A stretch of 63,052 nt of DNA, counting the filler. It is 7 parts of 7 records of this genome, joined end to end, with 100 filler letters (N's around TTAATTAATTAA, not from the genome) between each part and the next. Parts side by side here need not be neighbours in the genome. Positions count along the whole stretch, not along the records: positions 40,258 to 49,964 come from SRR31156797_22895; positions 50,065 to 57,335 come from SRR31156797_22903; positions 57,436 to 63,052 come from SRR31156797_22931; 4 more parts are not named here. One strand, written 5' to 3'. This document shows positions 49,208 to 59,461 of the stretch, piece after piece. Position 1 is the stretch's first letter; the number at the start of each line of letters is the position of its first letter. Made by a program: the position numbers and the translations under genes. The notes below the pieces were generated by a model, which saw nothing but the letters and a program-made list of their open reading frames with translations, was not told the origin of the DNA and made no database searches.

Positions 49208-49964
49208 TTAGTATCCAAAATAATTTAAGTAGGTTTCCATGTCTTTGTTTCCACTACCCGAAAGGTTGATCACATTTACATCGTCGGGATTCATTTTTAT
49301 TTTTTCAAGAGCTGCCAATGCATGGGCTGATTCCAAGGCTGGGATAATCCCTTCTTTTTGCGTTAAAAGAAGTACAGCTTGCAATACCTCTTCGTCGGTT
49401 GCAGCAAGAAATTTTGCTCGTCCTGTTTTATGCAGATGAGCATGAAGCGGTCCAATCCCCGGATAATCCAACCCTGCTGAAATTGAATAGGGTTCGGTAA
49501 TCTGCCCATCATCGTTTTGCATTAACATGGTTCTACTTGAATGCAGAACTCCTGGCGAACCAACGGATAAGGTTGCAGCTGTTTCTTCAGTATCAACTCC
49601 TTTACCGGCTGCTTCTATACCAATAAGTTCAACCTTTTCGTCATCAAGAAAATGATAAAAAGCACCTGCTGCATTACTTCCCCCACCTACACAAGCTAAA
49701 ATTCGTGTGGGTAATTCTGAACCTGTTTGAGCTTTTAGTTGGCTTTTCATTTCTTTGCTAATTACGGATTGAAAACGGGCTACCATATCGGGGTAGGGAT
49801 GAGGCCCAACTACCGAGCCAATGATATAATGCGTATCAACCGGGTTGTTTATCCAGTCGCGCATTGCTTCGTTGGTGGCGTCTTTCAGTGTTTTATTTCC
49901 ACTGTGAACAGGAATAACGTCGGCGCCCAGCATCTTCATTTTTTTTACGTTTGGTGCCTGGCGC
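49208..49964 (-). CDS. trpB: tryptophan synthase beta chain (5' truncated)
   Basis: ACVGGGSNA, SISAGLDYPGIGP, EGIIPALESAHA. Confidence 0.95.
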
Positions 49965-50064
49965 NNNNNNNNNNNNNNNNNNNNNNNNNNNNNNNNNNNN
50001 NNNNNNNNTTAATTAATTAANNNNNNNNNNNNNNNNNNNNNNNNNNNNNNNNNNNNNNNNNNNN

Positions 50065-50565
50065 TTGACCTTTTATAGCAGAAAATCTTGATTTTGCTAG
50101 TTTTACACCTTTTTCAAAATCTAGCCACCCACAATCTAAATCCCAATGCTCTTTTGGCTCAAAATCAAACTCAGGTTTAGAACCAATAGTTTCTAAAACA
50201 ACATTTTCATCTTCATCAGCTCCATCTGGTACTGATTCATCTGGCATATTTGGAACAGCAAGAACTATTGAAGATAATTTCTCTTCTAACTGTCTAACTT
50301 CTTCTTCAAGCTCTTGTTTTTTTGATTTTAGTTCATTTATCTCTTGTTGTAAAGGTGCAATATCTAACTTCTCTTTTTTGTATCTTCCAAACTCTTTTGA
50401 CAATTTATTTTGAGATGCAGTTACATCTTCCATATTTTGTCTTTTCATTTTGGCTTCTGAAGATAGAACCTTTAAGCTATCTAAAACTTCTTGGTCTACT
50501 CCTTTTCTAGTAAGTGAAGCAGCAATATTTTCAAAATCTTTTTGTAATAATCTAATATCAATCAT
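50065..50565 (-). CDS. serS: serine--tRNA ligase (3' truncated)
   Basis: MIDIRLL, coiled-coil arm, PN.PDESVP.G.DEDEN, EHWDL, AKSRF. Confidence 0.92.
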
Positions 50566-50682
50566 AATTCTCTTTCACAAAATTTTTGCCAATTATATCT
50601 AATTTTTCAAATAATAAGTTAAATTGATTTTTTTTGAAACTTTCTTGTCATGATAATCTCCAAGTTAAGAGTAATTTTACAT

Positions 50683-50701
50683 ACTAATGATTACAATTAT
50701 C
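50683..50701. promoter_or_regulatory. Fur-box-like site
   Basis: ACTAATGATTACAATTATC, 14/19 match to GATAATGATAATCATTATC, upstream of the PepSY-TM operon. Confidence 0.5.
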
Positions 50702-50714
50702 AAAATTAATTAAA

Positions 50715-51044
50715 GTGAGAAAAGTTTTGTTTATTCAATTAAAAACGAAGATTAATAAATTAGCAATTCCAGAAAAAACAGGAAATAAAATAGGATTATT
50801 TAGAGTTTTATGTTCAATTTTTGGTGGACTTATTGTTTCATATCTTGCAATGACACTTTTAGTATATATTATTCCAGGAACTGCTGGAGAATCAATTGTT
50901 GTTCCTCTATTATTTAATACTTTAGGGTGGGCAGTCGCTGCCTTATGGATTAGTGTAGCTCCAACAAAACTGAGTGCTTTAAAAAGATCTTTTTACCCTA
51001 CTATTATTTTTTCAATTCTACTAACAATATTTTACAACATTTAA
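50715..51044 (+). CDS. small membrane protein associated with PepSY-TM (iron-uptake-type)
   Basis: Three hydrophobic segments, R...SIFGG...Y pattern; precedes PepSY-TM gene. Confidence 0.6.
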   Translation: MRKVLFIQLKTKINKLAIPEKTGNKIGLFRVLCSIFGGLIVSYLAMTLLVYIIPGTAGESIVVPLLFNTLGWAVAALWISVAPTKLSALKRSFYPTIIFSILLTIFYNI

Positions 51045-51052
51045 GGTGATTA

Positions 51053-52630
51053 ATGGATTCCCAACTTACAAATAAAGAAACAAATAAACTATTTAAACAG
51101 CGACTACAAAGAGTACATGTAGCAACAGGAATTAGTTTTTCATTACTAATGTATATCGCCGTATTTTTTGGTATTTTTGCAATATTACTTCCCTATATAC
51201 AAGTATGGGAAAAACCCTCAAGACACTACACTGTAGCAGACATCACAAAAATTGATTACTCTTCTATGGTAGATCCAGTTATTTCGGACCCAGATTTTCC
51301 TAGAAACAATATCAAAATAGTTTTACCAGGACATATGCAAGACCCTGCACTAAAAATTACACATCAATTTGTAGAACCAATTATATTCAACCCAAATACA
51401 AAAGAAAAAGTTGAAAATGAGGGTGACCAATCACAACTTGCAAAGTTTCTAAACCATATGCATTATGGAAGACCTTTAAAAACATTTGGATATATAGTTT
51501 TCGGTCTAATGGCAGTTGCCGGTATGTTTTTAGTTGTAGGTGGAGTTTTACAAGTTATTTTAATCAAATACAAAAACACAGGAAAAAATGCACAAAGTAA
51601 ATTTTCTAAATGGCATAGAAAAATATTTACTTGGCTTTTCCCTCCTTTTATTATAATCACATTAACTGGAGCTTTAATGAACATAGGATATACAGGTTCT
51701 GCTCCTATGACATATATTGCTTCAAAAGGTGAGACAAGTGAGGTTTGGAAAATTACTGGTCCAGTTTTATTTCCTCCTATTAAAAAAATAGAAAAGAAAA
51801 ACGACCAAGTTGATATGCTTCCTATTAATGAACTCATAAAAAAAGCAAAAGAGATAAATCCAAAAATAGATTTCCAAACAATAACTTTAATTAACTGGAA
51901 AGATTCATCTGCAAAAGCTAAACTTGAAGGATATAATCCTTATATGCCATTTTTAAATGGAATATCAAACAAACCAAGTGTAACTCTAAGTGGAGTTGAT
52001 GGAAGTTTAATTGAGCAACAAAAAGTTATGGATAAACATTGGTCTGGAATATTTTTTGATTCAGTTTATTTTTTACACTTATTATTTGGAGTTGATACCT
52101 TTACGAGATTATTTATTGCAACTATTATGAGTATTTCTGCATTTGGTTTAGGTTTTGGTGTTTTACTTTGGCTTGAAAAAAGAGCTAAAAAATTTCCAAA
52201 AGATATTCCCGTTTATAACTGGATGGGAAAACTTTCACTAAGTATAATGGTTGGTGTTATTCCTGCCACATCAGTTTTATTTGTATTACAATGGCTTTTA
52301 CCTTTTGATATGGAAAATAGATTTTTATGGCAAAAAGGGATATTTTTTATCTCTTGGCTAGCTACTTTAACTTGGTCATTTTATAGAATAAACTCTTATC
52401 AAGCAGCAAAAGAGTTTTTAAAAATTGGAGGAGTTTTATTTATATTAAGTTCTATTTTTCACTTTATAAATAGTGGCTTTTCACCAATGAAACTTATTCA
52501 AAACAATATGTTGACGATATTAAGTGTTGACATCGGTCTAATTATATTTGGTTTACTTTTACTATTCGTTGGATTTATATTACCTTCAAATAGAAAAACA
52601 ATCCAAAATTTTTGGGCAAAAAAACTTTAA
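51053..52630 (+). CDS. PepSY-associated TM helix domain protein
   Basis: Conserved His in RVHVATG, NHMHYG, KWHRKI, FLHLL; multi-TM. Confidence 0.85.
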   Translation: MDSQLTNKETNKLFKQRLQRVHVATGISFSLLMYIAVFFGIFAILLPYIQVWEKPSRHYTVADITKIDYSSMVDPVISDPDFPRNNIKIVLPGHMQDPALKITHQFVEPIIFNPNTKEKVENEGDQSQLAKFLNHMHYGRPLKTFGYIVFGLMAVAGMFLVVGGVLQVILIKYKNTGKNAQSKFSKWHRKIFTWLFPPFIIITLTGALMNIGYTGSAPMTYIASKGETSEVWKITGPVLFPPIKKIEKKNDQVDMLPINELIKKAKEINPKIDFQTITLINWKDSSAKAKLEGYNPYMPFLNGISNKPSVTLSGVDGSLIEQQKVMDKHWSGIFFDSVYFLHLLFGVDTFTRLFIATIMSISAFGLGFGVLLWLEKRAKKFPKDIPVYNWMGKLSLSIMVGVIPATSVLFVLQWLLPFDMENRFLWQKGIFFISWLATLTWSFYRINSYQAAKEFLKIGGVLFILSSIFHFINSGFSPMKLIQNNMLTILSVDIGLIIFGLLLLFVGFILPSNRKTIQNFWAKKL

Positions 52631-52641
52631 AAGGAACAATA

Positions 52642-53148
52642 ATGAAAAAAATACTAACATTAATTTTACTATTTATAGCATATACAAATTTAAATGCACA
52701 CAGTTTACTTATGAATCTAATGGATAATGAAGACAACACAATAACAGTTGCAGGAGAGTTTACAACAGGAGAGCTTGCTATTGGTGCTTTAGTAAGACTT
52801 GAATCTTTATCTACAGGCGAAGTTTTATACAAAAAAAGATTACCAGATTCTAGTGAACTTATTATTGATATTCCAAATGAACCTTATCAAGTTGTTTTAG
52901 ATGGTGGACCAAACCATCAGGTTGTAAAAGAGGGTATTGCACCACTTAATGGTTTTTCTAAAGAGAGTATTAAAAAAGCCTCACAAAATGCAAATCTATC
53001 TACTTCAAGAGCCCTTTCAAATCAATGGAGTAACCCAACAATTGTATTGTTTATTTTAGCTTTTATGTTATTACTTTTAACTATGTACTTCAGTATGAAA
53101 AATACCAATAAAATACTAAAACAGATAAAAGAGACTAATAATCAATAA
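52642..53148 (+). CDS. exported, C-terminally anchored hypothetical protein (possible metal-transport accessory)
   Basis: Signal peptide ending LNA|HS, G.FTTG, DGGPNH, C-terminal TM; start at MKKILT. Confidence 0.6.
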   Translation: MKKILTLILLFIAYTNLNAHSLLMNLMDNEDNTITVAGEFTTGELAIGALVRLESLSTGEVLYKKRLPDSSELIIDIPNEPYQVVLDGGPNHQVVKEGIAPLNGFSKESIKKASQNANLSTSRALSNQWSNPTIVLFILAFMLLLLTMYFSMKNTNKILKQIKETNNQ

Positions 53149-53241
53149 GAAAATTGTAAGATTTTGATAACATTTGATAACAAATAATAATATTTTAAAA
53201 AATATTATTATAACATTGTATGCAAAATTATAGGAGATTCC

Positions 53242-53661
53242 ATGAGAACAATAGAAAATTTTTTAGCCAATGTATTAAGTCCTAATCTAGGTAAATTATT
53301 ATTAAGATTCGTTTTAGGATTTTTAATGTTATTACACGGCTATAATAAATATGTTCATGGAATTGATGGAATAAAAGGTTTAGTTGTAAGTTCAGGTTTT
53401 CCAGAACTCTTAGCTTATGGAGTTTATGTGGGAGAGTTTGTAGCTCCTATTTTAATTATTTTAGGTTTATATACTAGATTATTTAGTGTTATATTTGCAG
53501 GTTGTATGGCATTTGCAATCTACTTAGCACACTCAACTGAACTATTTTTAATAAATGAAAGAACAGGTGCACTTGTACTTGAAACTCAATATTTATATCT
53601 ATTTGTAGCTTTAGTTTTAGTATTTACAGGTCCAGGAAAATACAGCATAGATACAAAGTAA
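53242..53661 (+). CDS. DoxX family membrane protein
   Basis: LLLR..LG.LML.HG..K, GE...P....LGLYTR, G.GKYSID. Confidence 0.85.
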   Translation: MRTIENFLANVLSPNLGKLLLRFVLGFLMLLHGYNKYVHGIDGIKGLVVSSGFPELLAYGVYVGEFVAPILIILGLYTRLFSVIFAGCMAFAIYLAHSTELFLINERTGALVLETQYLYLFVALVLVFTGPGKYSIDTK

Positions 53662-53681
53662 TTTTAGAATACATCTAAATA

Positions 53682-54524
53682 TCAAATAGATATAGAGATG
53701 TAATATTCTGCCGTAAAATCATCTTTATTTTTTAAAAAGTCACAAGTTTTATATATGGCAAAAGATGGTTCGGCTGTTGTTTCATAACCGCTGTTTATCA
53801 ACCAAATGAAATGAACCCAATTTATAAAACTAAAAAAATCTTCATACCTTCCTTGGTATTCAAATTTTGCATAAACTATTTTGGGCATTTTAAAACTCGG
53901 AAAATTTGAGTTTCCAATATCTTTTTTTGTCATAATCCCTGCTGTATATTTTAGATTATTAATACTATTTATTGTTGGGATATCATGATAATAACCTATT
54001 GGATAAAAGTCTTCAAGCTCATTTATCAAGGTCCAGGTGTAAAGTTTCTGCCAAACAGCTTTTATAGAATCATCATAACCTTTATGTCTAATATAATAAA
54101 CATTATTGCTTCCCATTTTTACAATTTGTGGTTCATTATTAAAATTTTCTATATCATTATTTAATTTTACTAATCTTTTATATCCCCCACTTCTCCACTC
54201 TTTTGGTGTCATATTGTAAAACTTTTTAAAAGCTCTATTAAATGCTCCATGGGAACTATATCCACACATCTTTGCAACATTAGTTATAGTTGATTTTTTA
54301 TTTGTCAATAAAAGATTTGATGCTTTTTGTAATCTTATTGCCTTTATACTTTCATAAATATTTAATTCAAATTCATTTTTAAAAATCCTTAGCATATGGT
54401 ATTTGCTGATATTTAGATTTTCACTTAATTCATCTAAACTAATATCTGTATCAATATGTTTGTAGATATAGTGTTTTATGTCGTTTGCAATTTTTTTGTG
54501 TCTTTTCTCTGTATCTTTTTTCAT
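53682..54524 (-). CDS. AraC-family regulator with GyrI-like C-terminal domain
   Basis: ISKYHMLRIFK, RLQKA..LL, CGYSS..AFNRAFKK....TPKEWR. Confidence 0.88.
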   Translation of the reverse strand: MKKDTEKRHKKIANDIKHYIYKHIDTDISLDELSENLNISKYHMLRIFKNEFELNIYESIKAIRLQKASNLLLTNKKSTITNVAKMCGYSSHGAFNRAFKKFYNMTPKEWRSGGYKRLVKLNNDIENFNNEPQIVKMGSNNVYYIRHKGYDDSIKAVWQKLYTWTLINELEDFYPIGYYHDIPTINSINNLKYTAGIMTKKDIGNSNFPSFKMPKIVYAKFEYQGRYEDFFSFINWVHFIWLINSGYETTAEPSFAIYKTCDFLKNKDDFTAEYYISISI

Positions 54525-54645
54525 TAAACTATTATATCAATATAAAAATTATTTAAAGCAATAATAGTTAATAAATAAAGCAATTTATAAGAAGAATAAA
54601 AAAATTAATTAATCTATAATTCCCCTAAAAAATTAAAGGAAAAAA

Positions 54646-55479
54646 ATGAAAGAACTAAAAAATTTCGTTTTTATTATATTAGGCTCTATCTTTCTAGCTC
54701 TAGCTGCAACTACATTTCTAAACCCTAACAGTATAATCACAGGAGGAGGAATTGGTATTGCACAATTATTATATGCCCTATTTCCTAGTCTTACTCTTGG
54801 TGTTTGGATTGCAATTGTAAGTGTTCCTCTACTTCTTATAGGAATGACATTTTTTGGACGAAATTATGTATTAAGAACTTTAGTTTGTATCGCATGTATC
54901 TCATTTGCCACTGACTTCTTAAAAGAGGTTTTAGAAATTCAAGCAGCAACTCATGAAACTATTCTTGGTTCTATATTTGGTGGAACTCTTGTGGGACTTG
55001 GAGTAGGTTTTGTAATGCTTGGAAAATCTTCAACAGGTGGAACAACAATTTTAGCAGAAGTAATAAACAAAAAAACAAATCTAAAAACATCTCAAATACT
55101 ATTTATTATTGACTCTCTGATTATGTTTAGTTCAATTTTTGTTTATGGAGATATTGAAAAAGCCTTATTTAGTGTTATTGGAGTATATATTACTTCAAGA
55201 GTTATTGATGTACTACTATCTGGACAGCCAGCGCAGAAATCAGTTACTATTGTAACGGATAAAATAGAAGAGCTATCAAGTGAAATTCAAGAAAAACTTG
55301 GAGAACATGGAACAATAATAGAAGGGGTTAACCTTCAACAAAATAAAACAAAAAAACTAATTTTAGTTGTTGTAGATATTTCAAACCTTCAACTTCTTAA
55401 AAAAATAATAAATTATAAAGATCCAGATGCATTCCTTGTTATTCAAGAAGCTTCAGAGCTTTATGGAAGAGAATATTAA
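54646..55479 (+). CDS. YitT (DUF161/DUF2179) membrane protein
   Basis: GG.GIA, STGGT, DPDAF..I. Confidence 0.85.
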   Translation: MKELKNFVFIILGSIFLALAATTFLNPNSIITGGGIGIAQLLYALFPSLTLGVWIAIVSVPLLLIGMTFFGRNYVLRTLVCIACISFATDFLKEVLEIQAATHETILGSIFGGTLVGLGVGFVMLGKSSTGGTTILAEVINKKTNLKTSQILFIIDSLIMFSSIFVYGDIEKALFSVIGVYITSRVIDVLLSGQPAQKSVTIVTDKIEELSSEIQEKLGEHGTIIEGVNLQQNKTKKLILVVVDISNLQLLKKIINYKDPDAFLVIQEASELYGREY

Positions 55480-55550
55480 TTCTCTTCCATCTTCACTCCT
55501 AATTAATAACTATTATCAATATTAAGAAAATATACGCTAATATTCCCACT

Positions 55551-56237
55551 ATGGAAAAAGACAAATTTAAAAGATTTAAACTTTTGTATGTTGAAGATGA
55601 AGTAAATGTTCGAAAATATGCAATGTCATATTTTAATAGAATTTTTGAAAATACCTTTGAAGCTTCAAATGCAAAAGAGGCTTTAGATTTATATAAAAAA
55701 ATAAAACCACATATTATTGTAACTGATATACAAATGGAATCCTTATCAGGAATTGAGTTAATAAAAAAAATTCGTGCGGTTGACAAAAAATGCCAAATAA
55801 TCATTTTATCTGCATTTCTAGATACAAAATATTTATTAGATGCGATAGGTTTGAATTTGGTAAAATATTTAACAAAACCAATCAAACATGATGAACTATA
55901 CAATGCTTTACTTGAGTGTATTAATAATTTATCTAAAGAAGAAGAATCAATAATCTATTTTTCTGAAAATTCTTATTTTAATAAGGATGAAAAAAAACTT
56001 GTATTTGAAAATGAAATTGTTAAACTTACACAAAAAGAATTAGAACTTTTAGAACTACTAATAACTAACAAGAACCGACCTACTCAATATAATGAAATAG
56101 AATATCATATTTGGTATGATTCAGTTATGAGTGAAAATGCTTTAAGACTTTTAGTCAAAAAACTAAGAAAAAAACTTCCAAATAATACTTTAGAAAACAT
56201 TCCTAAACTTGGTTATCAAATTAACTTTATAAAATGA
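55551..56237 (+). CDS. OmpR-family response regulator
   Basis: LLYVEDE, TDIQM..LSG, YLTKP, wHTH LTQKE..LL...LRKKL...GY. Confidence 0.9.
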   Translation: MEKDKFKRFKLLYVEDEVNVRKYAMSYFNRIFENTFEASNAKEALDLYKKIKPHIIVTDIQMESLSGIELIKKIRAVDKKCQIIILSAFLDTKYLLDAIGLNLVKYLTKPIKHDELYNALLECINNLSKEEESIIYFSENSYFNKDEKKLVFENEIVKLTQKELELLELLITNKNRPTQYNEIEYHIWYDSVMSENALRLLVKKLRKKLPNNTLENIPKLGYQINFIK

Positions 56238-57335
56238 AATATCTCTTTTTATTCCTAATATTTTTTCTAAATTTAAATGCTACAAATTTAAAAAATGAAT
56301 TAATCAAGGATAAACTCTTATCTTTAGATTCAGTAACTTATAAAGATATAAAAAATTTTAATCTAAAAAAACAAAAGTTCAACAGCACCTACTTGAAAGT
56401 AGTTTTAAATAAAAAGGTTTTAACACAGAAAGATTTTTATCTGCGTGTATTTTGTGATGTTGACAAGATAGTAAGTGCAAATTACAAATATCAGTCTACA
56501 CTTGATTCAATCATATTTAAACTTGACAAAAACTCCCCACAAGAGATTAATATAAAAATAAAATATGAAAAAAAGAGTTTATTAAATATTGCATTTTTAA
56601 GGCTTAGTGAATTTGAGTACAACTATATCCTAAAAAAAGAATCACTTCTTTATGGCTTTGCTTATGGAATAATATTTTGTGCTTTTTTATATAACTTTGT
56701 AGTATTTATTTATACTTTACAAAAATCTTTTCTCTACTACTCACTAATGCAGTTTTTCTTAATGATGATTTTGTATTATGCAGTTTTAATTGAAACACAA
56801 AGCTATATTAGTTTATCACAACAAATAATTACAGATTTTTTTGAAACAGTATGCATTTTACTTATGATTTTATTCTCAAAAGAGATTTTAAATACCAAAA
56901 GAGTAATGAAAAAACTAAATAAATTACTAAACTTTTTGATTTATCTAAGTGTAGTTGATTTGCTTACAATTTTTATATTTAACTACTCTTTACTTTATAA
57001 ATTTGTTCCTAGGTCTTTGATAATCTCGGTACTTGTAATTGCTGGACTTATTGCAATTTTTAAAGGTCAGAAAGTTGCTATATTTTACTTTCTTGGTTGG
57101 CTTATAGTTCTAATCTCTTTATTTATCTCCGAACGCGATTTATTGGGGATAAATGAATTATATATCATACATATTGGTTTACCTTTAGAATCTTTAATAT
57201 TAAGTTTTGCATTGGGATATAAGTTAAAATTGAGTACTGATGAAAAAAAGCAAAAAGACAGGATGCTCATACAACAAAGTAAATTAGCCTCAATGGGTGA
57301 GATGTTAAATAATATTGCTCACCAATGGAGACAAC
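56234..57335 (+). CDS. 7TM-DISM sensor histidine kinase (3' truncated)
   Basis: Extracellular domain plus 7 TM, then QQSKLASMGEML.NIAHQWRQ H-box typical of Campylobacterota. Confidence 0.85.
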
Positions 57336-57436
57336 NNNNNNNNNNNNNNNNNNNNNNNNNNNNNNNNNNNNNNNNNNNNTTAATTAATTAANNNNNNNNN
57401 NNNNNNNNNNNNNNNNNNNNNNNNNNNNNNNNNNNA

Positions 57437-58156
57437 ACAGCTAGAAATATTTTATTAGCACTTTCATTAACTACAGGATTAAGTGCAGCAGATAAACTAT
57501 CGCAAAAAGATTTAAAAGAGATTCAAGCTTTACCATTAATAAATATGGCACAAGTTGAAGTTAAAGGTGGAACTGACTTTGGAAGCTTATATGGACTAAG
57601 TGTAAAAGTAAAAGGAAGAATGGACACAATCTTTTTAACAAAAGATAAAAAATACTTACTTCCAGGTGATGCTATTAGTACTCAAAATGGACAACAACTA
57701 CAATTACCAGTAGATATTTCATCAACTATTGGAAAAGAAGCCTTTACTTATGGAACTGGAAGTGATGAGTATATTCTTTTTACAGACCCAGAGTGTCCAT
57801 ATTGTAAGAAGTTTGAATCATACTTTTCTCAAATAGAGGATAAAGTTAAAATTAGAGTATTCTTCTTCCCATTATCTTTCCATGAAAATGCAAGAGATAT
57901 CTCACTTTATATTATGAGTCAAGACTCTTATAAAGCAAAAGCAAATGCAATGATTAACACAACAAAAGATACTGAAGAGTTTAAAAATAGAAAAATCGAC
58001 TCTACTAAACTTGCAAAATTAGAGAAATCTTTAGATGAGCAAATGAATATTGCAAAAGAGCTTGGAATAACTGGAACACCTTCTTTATTTGATAAAGATG
58101 GAAATAGAATAATCTGGGCACAAATGCTACAAGATTATGGAGTTACTGTAAAGTAA
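57437..58156 (+). CDS. DsbC/DsbG-like thioredoxin-fold protein (start lost at contig edge)
   Basis: FTDPECPYC, FPLSFH, GITGTP; frame open back to the contig start through a signal peptide. Confidence 0.85.
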   Translation, partial: TARNILLALSLTTGLSAADKLSQKDLKEIQALPLINMAQVEVKGGTDFGSLYGLSVKVKGRMDTIFLTKDKKYLLPGDAISTQNGQQLQLPVDISSTIGKEAFTYGTGSDEYILFTDPECPYCKKFESYFSQIEDKVKIRVFFFPLSFHENARDISLYIMSQDSYKAKANAMINTTKDTEEFKNRKIDSTKLAKLEKSLDEQMNIAKELGITGTPSLFDKDGNRIIWAQMLQDYGVTVK

Positions 58157-58170
58157 AGAATTGAATAGAT

Positions 58171-58200
58171 GATAAGGATGGAGTTTTAGCTCCCCTTATC
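58171..58200. terminator. hairpin terminator between convergent genes
   Basis: gataagg..ggag..ctccccttatc. Confidence 0.55.
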
Positions 58201-58245
58201 AAACAATTTACTAAAGCTGTATTACAAGCAAACCTTAAATCTCAT

Positions 58246-58923
58246 CTAAAAATCTAAAGTTAATATCAAACGCTTTTCATTGCTTATCAATTCTGGCGAA
58301 CGATGAACTAAACCTGCATTTTCATTACCATCCCAACGCGTACCTTTAATCAATGCAACATCTCCACAAGCTAGTTGTTGAATATTACTTTCACTTTGAT
58401 AAAGGCCAGATTCACTGTCAGGCAAGCCATTACAACCCCACCCTAGTTTTGTTTGATCAACAACCTCGTGTGGTAGCCATTCTGTGGCTGCACCTTGATA
58501 AGTTGTTACAAGACGACAAGGTACTTTATCCACATGAAATTTAGGGCACATAGCTTTATCTAAAACTTTCAAACGCACGCCTGCTTCTTTAAGTTCAAAC
58601 AAATAACAGAACATATCCACAAGCCCAGCTATATCTTCACTAACTTCAGTCATTTTGTTATCAAAAAATTCATTAACACGGGAAAGTGTATCTTGTGGCG
58701 TTAAAGTCATTTCCTTTTGAAAGGTAGGATTCAACGCTAAAAAATCTTTTACCGAAGATTTCAAACTATTTGTTCTTTCACGCTGCCAAATAGCTATATT
58801 TATCTTTTCTTGATAGATATCACTCAAAACCGTTGGCTGTTTACCATGGGCCATATGTTGAGATATTTTTTCTGCTTGAGCCCATTCACTAGCAATATTG
58901 AAACTTTTTTTAGTCATCGTCAA
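58246..58923 (-). CDS. DUF1826 domain protein
   Basis: NIAIWQR, MCPKFHVDKVPCRLVTTYQG..TEW, GDVAL.KG, GLVHRSP. Confidence 0.85.
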   Translation of the reverse strand: MTMTKKSFNIASEWAQAEKISQHMAHGKQPTVLSDIYQEKINIAIWQRERTNSLKSSVKDFLALNPTFQKEMTLTPQDTLSRVNEFFDNKMTEVSEDIAGLVDMFCYLFELKEAGVRLKVLDKAMCPKFHVDKVPCRLVTTYQGAATEWLPHEVVDQTKLGWGCNGLPDSESGLYQSESNIQQLACGDVALIKGTRWDGNENAGLVHRSPELISNEKRLILTLDF

Positions 58924-58937
58924 TTTCCCTTTAGTAT

Positions 58938-59210
58938 TTATTGATGTTCATCTTCATGTTCATCAAGCATATTTCTAATCTTTTTATACATATCTTTTGC
59001 ATCTTTATTTGATAGTTTTTTCTCTTCAATCAGTTTTAAAACTTGATTTAATTCTTCAATAAAATACTCAACATCTTTTTTTGCTTCCACAATCTCTTCT
59101 TTATCATTTCCATTTTGTATTTCTTCATTTAATTCATCTAAAAAAGCTTTTGATTCTGGTAGCATCACATTAAATATTATACTTTCTAATTCTACTTCTA
59201 TATTTTTCAC
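58938..59210 (-). CDS. small acidic hypothetical protein with C-terminal EHEDEHQ
   Basis: GTG start with AAGGGA SD; co-oriented with DUF1826. Confidence 0.7.
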   Translation of the reverse strand: MKNIEVELESIIFNVMLPESKAFLDELNEEIQNGNDKEEIVEAKKDVEYFIEELNQVLKLIEEKKLSNKDAKDMYKKIRNMLDEHEDEHQ

Positions 59211-59273
59211 TTATTCCCTTATTTTTGCTTATTTGATATAAGCAAATTTAATTGCGTAATCATAAATATTTTT

Positions 59274-59332
59274 TGCAACTTAGTTGCAATTTTGGATTTT
59301 ATCTGATATTTTTTAAGTGCAACTTAGTTGCA
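59274..59332. promoter_or_regulatory. twin palindromic operators TGCAACTTAGTTGCA flanking a minus-strand -10 (TAAAAT 59301-59296)
   Basis: Identical 15-mers at 59274-59288 and 59318-59332. Confidence 0.75.
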
Positions 59333-59461
59333 TAAATTATTTTCTTATAAGTGTTTTATTTAAGATTTAAACTTGGAGCAAATTACAATAGTTATGTAGC
59401 AGGATTTAATATATTAATGGGGAAAAAGGTGTTTTAATTTGAACCATAGAAGAGTCTTCTT

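Noticed and set aside
59219-59263. Possible 14-aa leader peptide MITQLNLLISNKQK with hairpin
   Set aside because: No SD or regulatory codon run; compatible with chance in AT-rich DNA.
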